From: an uncultured Erysipelotrichaceae bacterium
GTDB taxonomy: Bacteria; Bacillota_I; Bacilli_A; RF39; UBA660
Length of the DNA: 64,000 nt
NCBI GenBank assembly: GCA_902801525.1
Contig: CADCIN010000004.1
Coordinates: forward strand, 16,948-80,947
Direction: 5' to 3'
Made by a program: the position numbers and the translations under genes. Of the stretch, positions 1-9,582 are shown piece by piece. The notes beneath the pieces were generated by a model. The model had not been told where the DNA came from. It made no database searches and was given only the letters and a program-made list of their open reading frames with translations. Numbering within the stretch: the first letter of the stretch is position 1; each line of letters starts with the position of its first letter.

Positions 1-86
1 TTAAAGACTTATCTAACTCTGAATCTCTCATAAACCATCTCCTATTATATTAATAATAATACAATAGAAAAAAAAAGGCAAATACA

Positions 87-653
87 TCATGAAACTTTTT
101 TCAAAATTTGTCTAATTTTACATAAACGACTATCCACAGTATTGACCGGAATACCTAATAAATTACTTATTTCATTATAACTAAAACCATTATATTTTAG
201 TTCAAAAACCATACTTTGCTTAAATGATAATAAATTTATAATTTTATAAAAGAAATCATGTTCATTTAAATATGAAAAAGAATCTTTACTAACAAAATAA
301 TTACTTACAAGCTCAAAATCTAAATACATAGCTAAATTTAAAACATCATTTTTATTAGTACTTAGTTTTTTACAATATGAATTAACTTGTCTTTCAATAC
401 ACAGGCAAGCAAATGAATAAAATTTGCACACAAATTTATCGTTATAATCTTTAATTGCAGAAAGTAAACCAATATATCCTTCTTGTACTAAATCATCAAA
501 ATCAGCACCCTTTTTAAAAGCAAAAGAAGTATACTTAGAAACAATCTTTTTAACAATATAATCATATTTTAAAAATAAAATATTTTTACTATAATCATCA
601 TTTTCCTTTATCATATATAAAAGTTCATAATCATTTATATCTTTATAATTCAT
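87..653 (-). CDS. sigH: Sigma-70 family RNA polymerase sigma factor, SigH-like
   Basis: Region 2 motif DLVQEGYIGLLSAIKDY and region 4 HTH FSYNEISNLLGIPVNTVDSRL. Position after cysS-mrnC-rlmB matches Bacillus synteny. Confidence 0.7.
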   Translation of the reverse strand: MNYKDINDYELLYMIKENDDYSKNILFLKYDYIVKKIVSKYTSFAFKKGADFDDLVQEGYIGLLSAIKDYNDKFVCKFYSFACLCIERQVNSYCKKLSTNKNDVLNLAMYLDFELVSNYFVSKDSFSYLNEHDFFYKIINLLSFKQSMVFELKYNGFSYNEISNLLGIPVNTVDSRLCKIRQILKKVS

Positions 654-659
654 AATATC

Positions 660-1355
660 CTACTTTCTATTACGAACTACCTCATATATCATTATTCCAC
701 TTGCAACACTAGCATTTAAACTATTTGTTTTTCCATACATAGGAATTTTAACAACAAAATCACAAGATTTTCTGACAAGTTCTGAAATACCACTACCTTC
801 ATTACCAATTACTAAAGCAATATTACCAGAATAATCAACATCTCTATAATCAACACTATTTTCAAGAGCAGTACCAACAATCCAGAAATTATTCTTTTTT
901 AAAGTTTTAATTGTATTAACAATATTTGATACAGATACAATTTTAACATTATCAAGTGTACCAACACTTGTTTTCATAACTGTTGATGTTATTTGAACCT
1001 GTCTATTCTTTGGCATAATAATAGCATCAACACCTGCTGCTTCACAAGTTCTAATTATTGCGCCTAAATTATGTGGATCTTCAATGTGATCTAAAATAAC
1101 AATAAATTGAGAAGTACTAAGAATATCATTTAATTCATAATACTTGTAGTCCTTAATGAAAAGTATTATACCTTGGTGAACCCCCTTTGACAAACGATCC
1201 ATTTCATACTTTGGCTTAAATTCATATTTAATATTGTTATTTTGTATTAAAGAAATTATATTTTTCTCATTAAAGCCTTCTTGTAAAATAATATTTTTAA
1301 TCTTATCTGGATTTTTTAACAATTCAATAGCTACATTTCTACCATAAACTAACAT
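660..1355 (-). CDS. rlmB: SpoU/TrmH-family 23S rRNA 2'-O-methyltransferase (RlmB/YacO-like)
   Basis: SpoU motifs HNLGAIIRTCEAAG, GNEGSGIS and SLNASVASGI. Overlaps mrnC by 7 nt, as in the Bacillus operon. Confidence 0.8.
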   Translation of the reverse strand: MLVYGRNVAIELLKNPDKIKNIILQEGFNEKNIISLIQNNNIKYEFKPKYEMDRLSKGVHQGIILFIKDYKYYELNDILSTSQFIVILDHIEDPHNLGAIIRTCEAAGVDAIIMPKNRQVQITSTVMKTSVGTLDNVKIVSVSNIVNTIKTLKKNNFWIVGTALENSVDYRDVDYSGNIALVIGNEGSGISELVRKSCDFVVKIPMYGKTNSLNASVASGIMIYEVVRNRK

Positions 1356-1732
1356 TTTACACCACCTAATACATAATTCATTATCTCATCAATTCTCTCT
1401 TTATCATTTTCTAAATCTAAATAACCAAGTAAAGCTTCTAGTCCAGTAGCATACTTATAAGTAATAATATCACAATTTTTAGGATGAGAAGTAGTTTTAT
1501 AATTACGAGCTCTTCTAACAATATCAAGTTCATTTTCTGACAAGAAAGAATTATCAATCATATTTTTTAAAAAAGACGCTTGTGAATTAGCACTAACATA
1601 TTTAACTGCCTCTTTTTGTAAATCATTAACATTAGCAATTCCTTTATTAACTAGAAAGTGTCTAATATAACCTTCATAGACACAATCACCAATATATGCT
1701 AGTACTAGTGAATTAATCTCAATAGTTTTCAT
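1349..1732 (-). CDS. mrnC: Mini-ribonuclease 3
   Basis: 127 aa. N-terminal LAYIGDCVYE RNase III-like signature. Lies between cysS and rlmB. Confidence 0.8.
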   Translation of the reverse strand: MKTIEINSLVLAYIGDCVYEGYIRHFLVNKGIANVNDLQKEAVKYVSANSQASFLKNMIDNSFLSENELDIVRRARNYKTTSHPKNCDIITYKYATGLEALLGYLDLENDKERIDEIMNYVLGGVKC

Positions 1733-1744
1733 AAATCCCCCTAA

Positions 1745-3145
1745 TTAAATAATTTCGTATTTTGTTCCCTCTCTAGAATCAATTAATTTAATTCCTTTTT
1801 CCAATAGTTCATCTCTAATTTTATCTGCACTACTATAATCTTTTAAAGATTTAAATTTATTTCTTTCTTCTATTTTATTAAGAACATAAGATTCAAGTTC
1901 AGAAGAGATATTAATATCAGAATCATTCTTAAATAAATCTAAAGAAAAAACTTTATCAAAAGATTTAATTAAAGAAATCTTAGTATTACCTGAAATGGAA
2001 TTATCCTTAATAACATCATATAAAACAGTTAAAGCATTGGAAGTATTTAAATCATCTTCAATTGTAGAAATAAATTTGTTATTGTAATTATCAAAATCTT
2101 CTTTTGAAAAATTACCATCATTTGAAATATTACTAATTTTAGACTTTAATTTATCTAAAATATCACTATTCTGTTTTAAAATGTCATATGAAAACATTAA
2201 TTGCTTTCTATAATGAGAATTTAAACACATAAATCTATATGAAAGAGGATTATATCCCATTTCTTTAAGTTTAGAGACTGATAAAACTGCCCCCTTACTT
2301 TTACTCATCTTACCAGAACTATCTAATAGATGTTCATTATGGAACCAATAATTACACCATTTATGACCTAAATATGCTTCACTCTGAGCTATTTCATTTG
2401 TATGATGTGGAAAAATATTATCAACTCCACCACCATGAATATCTAAATAATCTCCTAAATATTTTATTGAAATACCAGTACATTCAATATGCCAACCAGG
2501 ATAACCTCTGCCATAAGGAGAATCCCATAATAATTCATGATTAGCAAATTTAGAAGATGTAAACCATAAAACAAAATCTGCTTGATTCTTTTTATTATTA
2601 TCTTCTTCAACAGAATCTCTAGCACCAACAACCATTTCATCTTCCCTGTGATTTGTTAAACAGTAGTAATCATTAAGTTTACTAGTATCAAAATAAACAT
2701 TACCACCAGATTGATATGCATATCCTTCATCTAATAACTTAGAAATTATTTTTAAATAAAAATCAATATTATCAGTAGCTTTAGAAACAATTTCAGGAAC
2801 TTTGCAATTAATTAGTTTAAAATCTTCGAAAAAAGCTTTAGTATAAAAGTCAGCAATTTCCATTGATGTTTTATGTTCTTTTTTAGCAGCCTTTTCCATC
2901 TTATCTTCACCAGAATCAGAATCACTTGTTAAATGTCCAACATCAGTAATATTCATACATCTTGTCACGCTGAAACCTAAATATCTTAATGACTTTTCTA
3001 AAATATCATGACCAATATAATTTCTCATATTACCAATATGTGCATAACTATATACAGTAGGTCCACATGTATACATTTTGACATTCTTTCCATCAATCGG
3101 AACAAATTCCTCAATAGTTCTAGATAAAGTATTATAAATTTTCAT
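1745..3145 (-). CDS. cysS: Cysteinyl-tRNA synthetase
   Basis: HIGH-type motif AHIGNMRNY and KMSKS motif. I place the start at the ATG (MKIYNTL) preceded by AGGTGA; the ORF-track start three codons upstream is a GTG. Confidence 0.93.
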   Translation of the reverse strand: MKIYNTLSRTIEEFVPIDGKNVKMYTCGPTVYSYAHIGNMRNYIGHDILEKSLRYLGFSVTRCMNITDVGHLTSDSDSGEDKMEKAAKKEHKTSMEIADFYTKAFFEDFKLINCKVPEIVSKATDNIDFYLKIISKLLDEGYAYQSGGNVYFDTSKLNDYYCLTNHREDEMVVGARDSVEEDNNKKNQADFVLWFTSSKFANHELLWDSPYGRGYPGWHIECTGISIKYLGDYLDIHGGGVDNIFPHHTNEIAQSEAYLGHKWCNYWFHNEHLLDSSGKMSKSKGAVLSVSKLKEMGYNPLSYRFMCLNSHYRKQLMFSYDILKQNSDILDKLKSKISNISNDGNFSKEDFDNYNNKFISTIEDDLNTSNALTVLYDVIKDNSISGNTKISLIKSFDKVFSLDLFKNDSDINISSELESYVLNKIEERNKFKSLKDYSSADKIRDELLEKGIKLIDSREGTKYEII

Positions 3146-3181
3146 AAAAATCACCTATGTGTATTATAACACAAAGAATAA

Positions 3182-5398
3182 TTATTGAAAAATATTATTA
3201 TTAATATAATTATTCACCTGCTTATCTATAAAAGTTAAACCATACTTATCATAATCTAATGTTAAAAAAATTGAATTTAAAACTTTATCATTAATACTTT
3301 TATTATCAAAGTCATAAGATAATAATTTACTTTTTATAATTTTTAAAACATCTTTTTTTAAAATATCTTTAAAATTTAGAACTAAATCAAAAGATTTTAA
3401 CAATTCAACATCAAAATATTTAGATAGTAAATTAAATTCATCGAACTCTCCATTAACAAAACCAATGTTTTTATTTTTAATTTTTAAATCACAAGTAAAG
3501 AAAAAAATAATATTACTGACATCTACCTTTTCACCAATGGAATTAGTAATAAATCCTTCTTTAATACCATCAATAAAAAGATTTAATATTCTCTTATTTG
3601 ACAAATTCAAATTCTCAATTAAAACAACTGAAAAAGGATGAAATTTAATTTTATCTAAAAAAGTTTTATTGTCATTATAACCAACATATCCGGGAGCACT
3701 ACCAATAATTCTAGAAATTGACTGACTATCGGAAAATTCAGAAAAATTTAATACAAAAAAATTATCTTTTCCAAAAATACTAGTTGCAAACTCATTAACA
3801 AATTTTCTTTTTCCAACACCATTAGATCCATACAACATAAAACTGTAATTACAATTCCTAGTTAAAATATCTTTAAATGTTAAATAACTAAATATTTTAT
3901 TTATTTCTTCATCATGTCCAAAAATATGTAATTTTATGTTTTTTTTATAATAATCAGAATTAAAATTTAAAAGTGTACTTAAAGGTATATTTGTCTTATA
4001 GTAAATAACTTTATATATAGATTCAGCAGTAACTTCTTTTAATTCACTCTTTTTCTGTAAAAAATATATATTATTTAATTTACTAATTAATTGTTTCTCT
4101 TCAAAATTTAAATTAACTGCATTTTTGTAATCATTATTAATTATTAAGTCATTCTTTTTAATATTTAAAGAGTGTATTTTACTTTTTAATTCTTTAATTT
4201 TTTTATCAGTTTTATTCTCACATAGATAAGTTAAACAACAAGCTTCATCCAGTAAATCAATAGCTTTATCAGGCTGATGAGAATTTTTTATGAATCTATT
4301 ACTCAAAGTAACTATTAAATTTATTAGTTCATTTGAAATTACAACTTTATGAAATTTTTCATAATCATTTTTTAAAGAACGTAAAATCTCGACAGTTTTA
4401 TCTTTATTAGGTTCACTAACATAAATTTTTTGAAATCTTCTATCAAAAGCTTTATCATTTGCAATATATTTAAGATATTCAGCATTAGTAGTTGCACCAA
4501 TTAGTTTAATTTTACCTCTTGCTAAATAAGGTTTTAAAATATTAGAAGCATCAATAGCTCCATCGGCTCCTCCTGCCCCCATTAAAGTATGAATTTCATC
4601 AATAAATAGAATAATATCATTATTATGCTCAATTTCTGATATATATTTATTAATTCTTTCTTCAAACTCACCTCTATATTTTGTACCCGCAACTAGTGAT
4701 GCTGTAGATAGACTTAAGATTCTTTTACCTTTTAAAAACTCCGGAACATTATTTATAGAAATTCTATAAGCAAGTTCTTCAACAATAGCAGTTTTTCCAA
4801 CACCTGCATCACCAATTAACATTGGATTACTTTTGGTCTTACGAAGAAATATAGAAATAATTCTATCTATAATATCATCTCTTCCAAATGTGCAAGATGA
4901 CTTATTTTTTAAATTTAAATTATCTGCAAATTTATCTATCTCCAAGTTTTTATTAGATGAATTAATAATATAAGAAGAATCTTTAAATTTAGAAACTAAA
5001 TCTTTATAATCAACCCCCATTCCAATAAGTAATCTAATTGCAACACCTTCACCCTCATCTAATAGACATGAAAATAGTCTTTGAATTGTAACAAACTCTT
5101 CATTATTATCATGAGAAATTAAAATCGAATTAGAAATTACTTTTTTAAAAAGTGGCGTAAATAAAAACCATTTATTACTAGTCGAACCCATTCCAATTAT
5201 TTTTATGATTTCTTTTCTAAAGATATCATAGTTTATCTTATAGTTATCATAAAAAAAATTACAAATAGATAAATCTTTATTTTTTAAAATAGCAAGAAGA
5301 AAATGTTCAGATCCAACATAAGGATGTTTCAAATCATACATTTCCTTTTTTGCCATTTGAATAATTTTTTGTGTTTCTTCATCAAAATTAAATAACAC
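3182..5398 (-). CDS. clpC: ClpC-like AAA+ chaperone/unfoldase with intact D1 and degenerate D2
   Basis: Clp_N repeat (HPYVGSEHFLLAIL). D1 has Walker A GDAGVGKT and Walker B ILFIDEIH. D2 aligns to ClpC but reads GSNGVGKR and VVLIENLN. IGF loop retained. GTG start with AGGAG 8 nt upstream. Confidence 0.8.
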   Translation of the reverse strand: MLFNFDEETQKIIQMAKKEMYDLKHPYVGSEHFLLAILKNKDLSICNFFYDNYKINYDIFRKEIIKIIGMGSTSNKWFLFTPLFKKVISNSILISHDNNEEFVTIQRLFSCLLDEGEGVAIRLLIGMGVDYKDLVSKFKDSSYIINSSNKNLEIDKFADNLNLKNKSSCTFGRDDIIDRIISIFLRKTKSNPMLIGDAGVGKTAIVEELAYRISINNVPEFLKGKRILSLSTASLVAGTKYRGEFEERINKYISEIEHNNDIILFIDEIHTLMGAGGADGAIDASNILKPYLARGKIKLIGATTNAEYLKYIANDKAFDRRFQKIYVSEPNKDKTVEILRSLKNDYEKFHKVVISNELINLIVTLSNRFIKNSHQPDKAIDLLDEACCLTYLCENKTDKKIKELKSKIHSLNIKKNDLIINNDYKNAVNLNFEEKQLISKLNNIYFLQKKSELKEVTAESIYKVIYYKTNIPLSTLLNFNSDYYKKNIKLHIFGHDEEINKIFSYLTFKDILTRNCNYSFMLYGSNGVGKRKFVNEFATSIFGKDNFFVLNFSEFSDSQSISRIIGSAPGYVGYNDNKTFLDKIKFHPFSVVLIENLNLSNKRILNLFIDGIKEGFITNSIGEKVDVSNIIFFFTCDLKIKNKNIGFVNGEFDEFNLLSKYFDVELLKSFDLVLNFKDILKKDVLKIIKSKLLSYDFDNKSINDKVLNSIFLTLDYDKYGLTFIDKQVNNYINNNIFQ

Positions 5399-5473
5399 TT
5401 AATCATCTCCTATAATATTATTTTATATTAAATATTAACCAGAAAACAATCAATAACATGCCCTAAATTATGA

Positions 5474-5498
5474 CAAAAAAATAAGCCCATAAGGGCTT
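5474..5498 (-). terminator. Rho-independent terminator after the YfcC-like gene
   Basis: Minus-strand hairpin AAGCCC-TTAT-GGGCTT followed by a T-run. Confidence 0.8.
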
Positions 5499-5504
5499 AC
5501 TTAA

Positions 5505-6992
5505 TTATGCTAAAACTACAAATATGAAAACTATGATGAATGCAACAAATAATTCTAATAATAATTTCCAAACAAGTTTTAACCATTTAGTATATGGAAT
5601 ATCTAAATAAGATAATACACACATTAAGAATAAACTTGTAGGTGCAAATAACATAGTAAATCCATATAATGATTGGAACATAATTGCAATTGTTGTTTTT
5701 GCTCCTAAACCATATACACTTACTAAATAAGGAAGTAAGCTATTGAAAGCATATGTAGGATCAACATTAAATAAACTTGCAAGAATTGCAACTAATCCTG
5801 TAGTAGCAATATTAAATTTCTTAGATAAACCAAGAATTGCTTTATAAATAACTAATTGGAATGGATGATATGTAGTAATTACTAAACAAGTATAAACTAA
5901 AACAACAATAACTGCTGGTTTAATAGCTTTTTTAGCACCACTTACAGCACCATCTAATAATTCATCAATTGATAATTTATAAATTAAAGAAATTAATAAA
6001 GTAGCTAAAACTACAGCAATTGATAAATCACTAACTGTCCAAGTACCAAATTCTTTAACAGTACCTAAAAGTTTACCAAATAAAGCAAATCCAAAGATTT
6101 TAAATTCAGTAACAGCTTTAGTAGCATTAGTAAATGCTGTATTGTTAAATGAATTAGACCAAGTAATAAATGATAAAACTGTAATAATAAATAAGATAGC
6201 TAAAACAGTAACTAATGGCCAAACTAGTTTAACCTTTTTAGAACTCTTTTCAGGAACAAATTCATTTGTTTCATCATTTTTTACAGTAACAACTTCTTCT
6301 TTCTTAGCTGCTTTTGCAGAAGTTTTAGTTGTTCTTGATTTTGTAGTTTTTTTAGATTTAGTTTCTACAGTTTTAACTGTTGATTTATTATTTTTAATAT
6401 ATAACAGTGTGTTAACAATCAAAATAGCTAATCCAACAACTAAAATAGCAACTTTACCTAATAAACAAGAATCAATTTTCATACCTAAACCAGTAACGAA
6501 TAAACCAGTATTAGTATATCCATATGTAGTACCTGCAATACCAATCATTGTAGATCCAACAACAGTTAAAGCGGCAACAATCTTATCATATCCCATTAAT
6601 AAGATTAAAGAAATAACAAATGGAAAAAATAATACTAATCCAAATTGTAAACCACAAACTGAGGTAAGAACTGCAAACAAAATCATAATAGCAGAAATTA
6701 CAATTTTTTCATGACTCTTAAATTTCTTAACTAAAGAATCAAGAATCATACGGTAAGCACCAATCTTATTTAAAACACCGTAGAATGCTCCAATTACAAG
6801 AACATAAACAACAATAAATCCAAAATAAGAAATAGTTGTGAATGGATAATTGAATAAATCAAATATACCCATTTGAATGCGTCCTTGATCAACATATCCA
6901 CTTGAATAATAAGCAGCAGGTAAAATCCAAGTTAATAATGTTAATACTAAAATTGTTATAAGAACGACTTTTAATATATTATGTTTTTTCAT
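5505..6992 (-). CDS. YfcC-family (DcuC-superfamily) integral membrane transporter
   Basis: Polytopic 495 aa protein. N- and C-terminal blocks align by eye with E. coli YfcC (VIGAFYGV..., FAPTS..LM....W). Contains a Lys/Thr-rich internal loop. Confidence 0.7.
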   Translation of the reverse strand: MKKHNILKVVLITILVLTLLTWILPAAYYSSGYVDQGRIQMGIFDLFNYPFTTISYFGFIVVYVLVIGAFYGVLNKIGAYRMILDSLVKKFKSHEKIVISAIMILFAVLTSVCGLQFGLVLFFPFVISLILLMGYDKIVAALTVVGSTMIGIAGTTYGYTNTGLFVTGLGMKIDSCLLGKVAILVVGLAILIVNTLLYIKNNKSTVKTVETKSKKTTKSRTTKTSAKAAKKEEVVTVKNDETNEFVPEKSSKKVKLVWPLVTVLAILFIITVLSFITWSNSFNNTAFTNATKAVTEFKIFGFALFGKLLGTVKEFGTWTVSDLSIAVVLATLLISLIYKLSIDELLDGAVSGAKKAIKPAVIVVLVYTCLVITTYHPFQLVIYKAILGLSKKFNIATTGLVAILASLFNVDPTYAFNSLLPYLVSVYGLGAKTTIAIMFQSLYGFTMLFAPTSLFLMCVLSYLDIPYTKWLKLVWKLLLELFVAFIIVFIFVVLA

Positions 6993-7068
6993 AATTAACC
7001 TCCCATTATCATTATACTAGGATTATTTTTAATTTACAAGTAAATTAAAAAAGTAATTAAATTACTTT

Positions 7069-8961
7069 TTAATATAATTTAGATCCAGCAGGAATATTAT
7101 CATCAAGCATTAACAGATTTAATAATTCATCTTCTCCATTCTTGCAGACTGCTGATAAAAGCATTCCACAAGAATCAATTCCAATCATTTTTCTAGGAGG
7201 TAAATTAGTAATAGCAACTAATGTTTTTCCAATTAATTCCTCAGGTTCATAATATGCATGAATACCACTTAAAATAGTTCTATTTGAACCAGTACCATCA
7301 TCTAAAGTAAATTGTAACAACTTTTTACTCTTAGGTACAGATATACAATCTAATACCTTAACTACTCTAAAGTCTGACTTACTAAATGTATCAAAATCAA
7401 CATTCTCATCAAATAAAGGTTCAATAACTATATTAGATAAATCAACTTTAACAGTTTCTTTTAATGGTACATTATTTGAAACAATTTTTTTTCTCATATC
7501 ATCTGGTTTCATCATAGGGAATAATACAACATCTCTAACTGAATCAGCATTAAATAATAACATCATTAATCTATCAATACCAACACCAAGACCAGATATA
7601 GGAGGCATACCTTGTTCCATAGCTTTTAAATAATTTTCGTCTAAATCCATAGTTTCATCGTCACCTTGAGATTTTTGTTTTAATTGATCTTCAAAGTTAC
7701 TTCTCTGAATTTCTGGATTAACTAACTCAGAATAAGCGTTACATACTTCAGCTCCTGCAATAACAACTTGGAAAACATCAACAATATCATGATTAGAATC
7801 GTTACGACGAGCAAGAGGTTTTAATACAGCTGGATAATTCCAAATTACTGTAGGTTTAACTATACCTTCACGAATAGTTCTCTTATAAACATAATCAATA
7901 ATTTGAGCTAGTGACTTACATTCAATTAAATCATTTAATGTAAATAAACCAGTTTCAACAATTTTATCTTTTAATATTTCAGGTTCTTCAACACTTAAAA
8001 AATCAAAACCTAATATTTTAGTTAATTCTTCAACATAATTAATACGAGTCCACTCATCACTTAAATCAATTTCTTCACCATTTAAAGTAATAATAGTACT
8101 TCCTTTAACTGCTTTTGCACTTTCACACATAAATTTCTTAAAGAAAGAAATATTATCTTCAAAATTCCAATAAGCAGCATACCATTCAATTTGAGTAAAT
8201 TCTTGTAAATGCTGTGGATCCATTCCTTCATTTCTAAAACATTTAGCAACTTCATATACTCTATTAAATCCACCAGCAATACATTCCTTTAAATAACATT
8301 CAGGAGCAATTCTTAAATTACAATCCATATTTAAAGCATTATGATGAGTAAAAAAAGGTTTTGCAGAAGCACCAGAGACAGTAGTTTGAAGAATAGGAGT
8401 CTCTACTTCTAAAAAATTATTTTCATACATAAAATTTCTTAAGAAATAATAGAATTTACTTCTTCCTAAAAATAAATTTCTAGAATCTTCATTAGTAATT
8501 AAATCAACATATCTTTCACGATATTTCATTTCAACATCTTGTAAACCATGAAATTTTTCAGGAAGTGGTCTTAAAGCTTTACCTAAAAAAGTAATAGATT
8601 TTGCTCTAATTGTTTTCTCACCAGTTTGAGTAGTAAAAACCTCTCCATTAATTCCAACATAATCTCCAACATCAATATTAGTTTTAAAAAATGCATAATT
8701 ATCTTCACCAATTTCATCTATTTTAATCGAAACTTGAATACTACTTTCAATATCTCTTAACCTTAAGAAACTCATTTTACCCATTTTACGTAAGAATACA
8801 ATACGTCCTGCAATTGCAACATCACAAACACCATCTTCTAATTTACCAGCATCATCTAAACTATAATTTACATCAAATTTATCTGGATAAGGATTACAAA
8901 AATACTTAATATTTTCTAACTTTTCTCTTCTAACTTTTTCTTGTTCACTAAATTGTCTCAT
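7069..8961 (-). CDS. lysS: Lysyl-tRNA synthetase (class II) fused to a C-terminal Trbp111/EMAP-like tRNA-binding domain
   Basis: Class II LysRS core (FRNEG, GxGIDRL). The extra ~130 aa tail contains DFRVVKVL...KKLLQFTLDDG...LVAITNLPPRKMIGIDSCGMLLSA, typical of the OB-fold tRNA-binding domain. Confidence 0.9.
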   Translation of the reverse strand: MRQFSEQEKVRREKLENIKYFCNPYPDKFDVNYSLDDAGKLEDGVCDVAIAGRIVFLRKMGKMSFLRLRDIESSIQVSIKIDEIGEDNYAFFKTNIDVGDYVGINGEVFTTQTGEKTIRAKSITFLGKALRPLPEKFHGLQDVEMKYRERYVDLITNEDSRNLFLGRSKFYYFLRNFMYENNFLEVETPILQTTVSGASAKPFFTHHNALNMDCNLRIAPECYLKECIAGGFNRVYEVAKCFRNEGMDPQHLQEFTQIEWYAAYWNFEDNISFFKKFMCESAKAVKGSTIITLNGEEIDLSDEWTRINYVEELTKILGFDFLSVEEPEILKDKIVETGLFTLNDLIECKSLAQIIDYVYKRTIREGIVKPTVIWNYPAVLKPLARRNDSNHDIVDVFQVVIAGAEVCNAYSELVNPEIQRSNFEDQLKQKSQGDDETMDLDENYLKAMEQGMPPISGLGVGIDRLMMLLFNADSVRDVVLFPMMKPDDMRKKIVSNNVPLKETVKVDLSNIVIEPLFDENVDFDTFSKSDFRVVKVLDCISVPKSKKLLQFTLDDGTGSNRTILSGIHAYYEPEELIGKTLVAITNLPPRKMIGIDSCGMLLSAVCKNGEDELLNLLMLDDNIPAGSKLY

Positions 8962-8973
8962 ATAAACTCTCCT

Positions 8974-9582
8974 TTACTTACATCTAACGATTTTAGTATT
9001 TGAAATAAAATCGTGTATACCCCTTGAATCTTTATTAAATATAATAACAATAACTGTACCAATAAAAAATAAATATTGGAAACAAGTTATAATTAAACTT
9101 GAATAAATATAAAAATTTTTACTTGCAAATAAAATAATTGCAAATGATAAAATTTTAAAGAAAATTGAATTAATCAAAAGTGTTCTAATAACCAAATTAT
9201 TCATTTCAAGTTTATCTTCTTCATCGTTTTGAACAACTTTAATACCTAAAATTTTCTTTCCAAAAGTTTGTCCATTGTTATAAAATTGAAAAACTATAAA
9301 ATAAAAAATATAAATAAACAATTCAAAAATAATAACAAATCCATTATTTCTGTTTATATCATAACTTATATCTAATGATTGAAATAAATAATCTTTAAAT
9401 CCAATTTCTTTATTTTTATAACTTTTTTCTATTTGTATATTTTGATCTGTCAATTTATTTAAATTAGCAGTATTTATAAATGGAACAGATATTAAACTCA
9501 CAAAAATATTAACCAAAAATATATCGATTATAAAAGCAATAACAAGTTGATAAAAATAAGGTTTAAAATTACTAGTCTTCAT
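8974..9582 (-). CDS. RDD-family membrane protein
   Basis: Three or four TM helices. GQTFGKKILGIKVV and C-terminal RGIHDFISNTKIV match RDD-domain hallmarks. Confidence 0.65.
   Translation of the reverse strand: MKTSNFKPYFYQLVIAFIIDIFLVNIFVSLISVPFINTANLNKLTDQNIQIEKSYKNKEIGFKDYLFQSLDISYDINRNNGFVIIFELFIYIFYFIVFQFYNNGQTFGKKILGIKVVQNDEEDKLEMNNLVIRTLLINSIFFKILSFAIILFASKNFYIYSSLIITCFQYLFFIGTVIVIIFNKDSRGIHDFISNTKIVRCK

Noticed and set aside
1-31. Possible start of another minus-strand gene (AGGAG then ATGAGAGATTCAGAGTTAGATAAG...) running off the left edge.
   Set aside because: Only 10 codons are visible, which is too little to support a call or a product.
5399-5473. Possible CtsR operator upstream of clpC (GTCATAATTTAGGGCAT).
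   Set aside because: It is a poor match to the GGTCAAA-NAN-GGTCAAA direct repeat and is not supportable.
6142-6714. 190-aa plus-strand ORF from the track.
   Set aside because: It lies entirely antisense within the well-supported YfcC-family transporter gene. It has a low-complexity composition typical of shadow ORFs in AT-rich DNA and no RBS.
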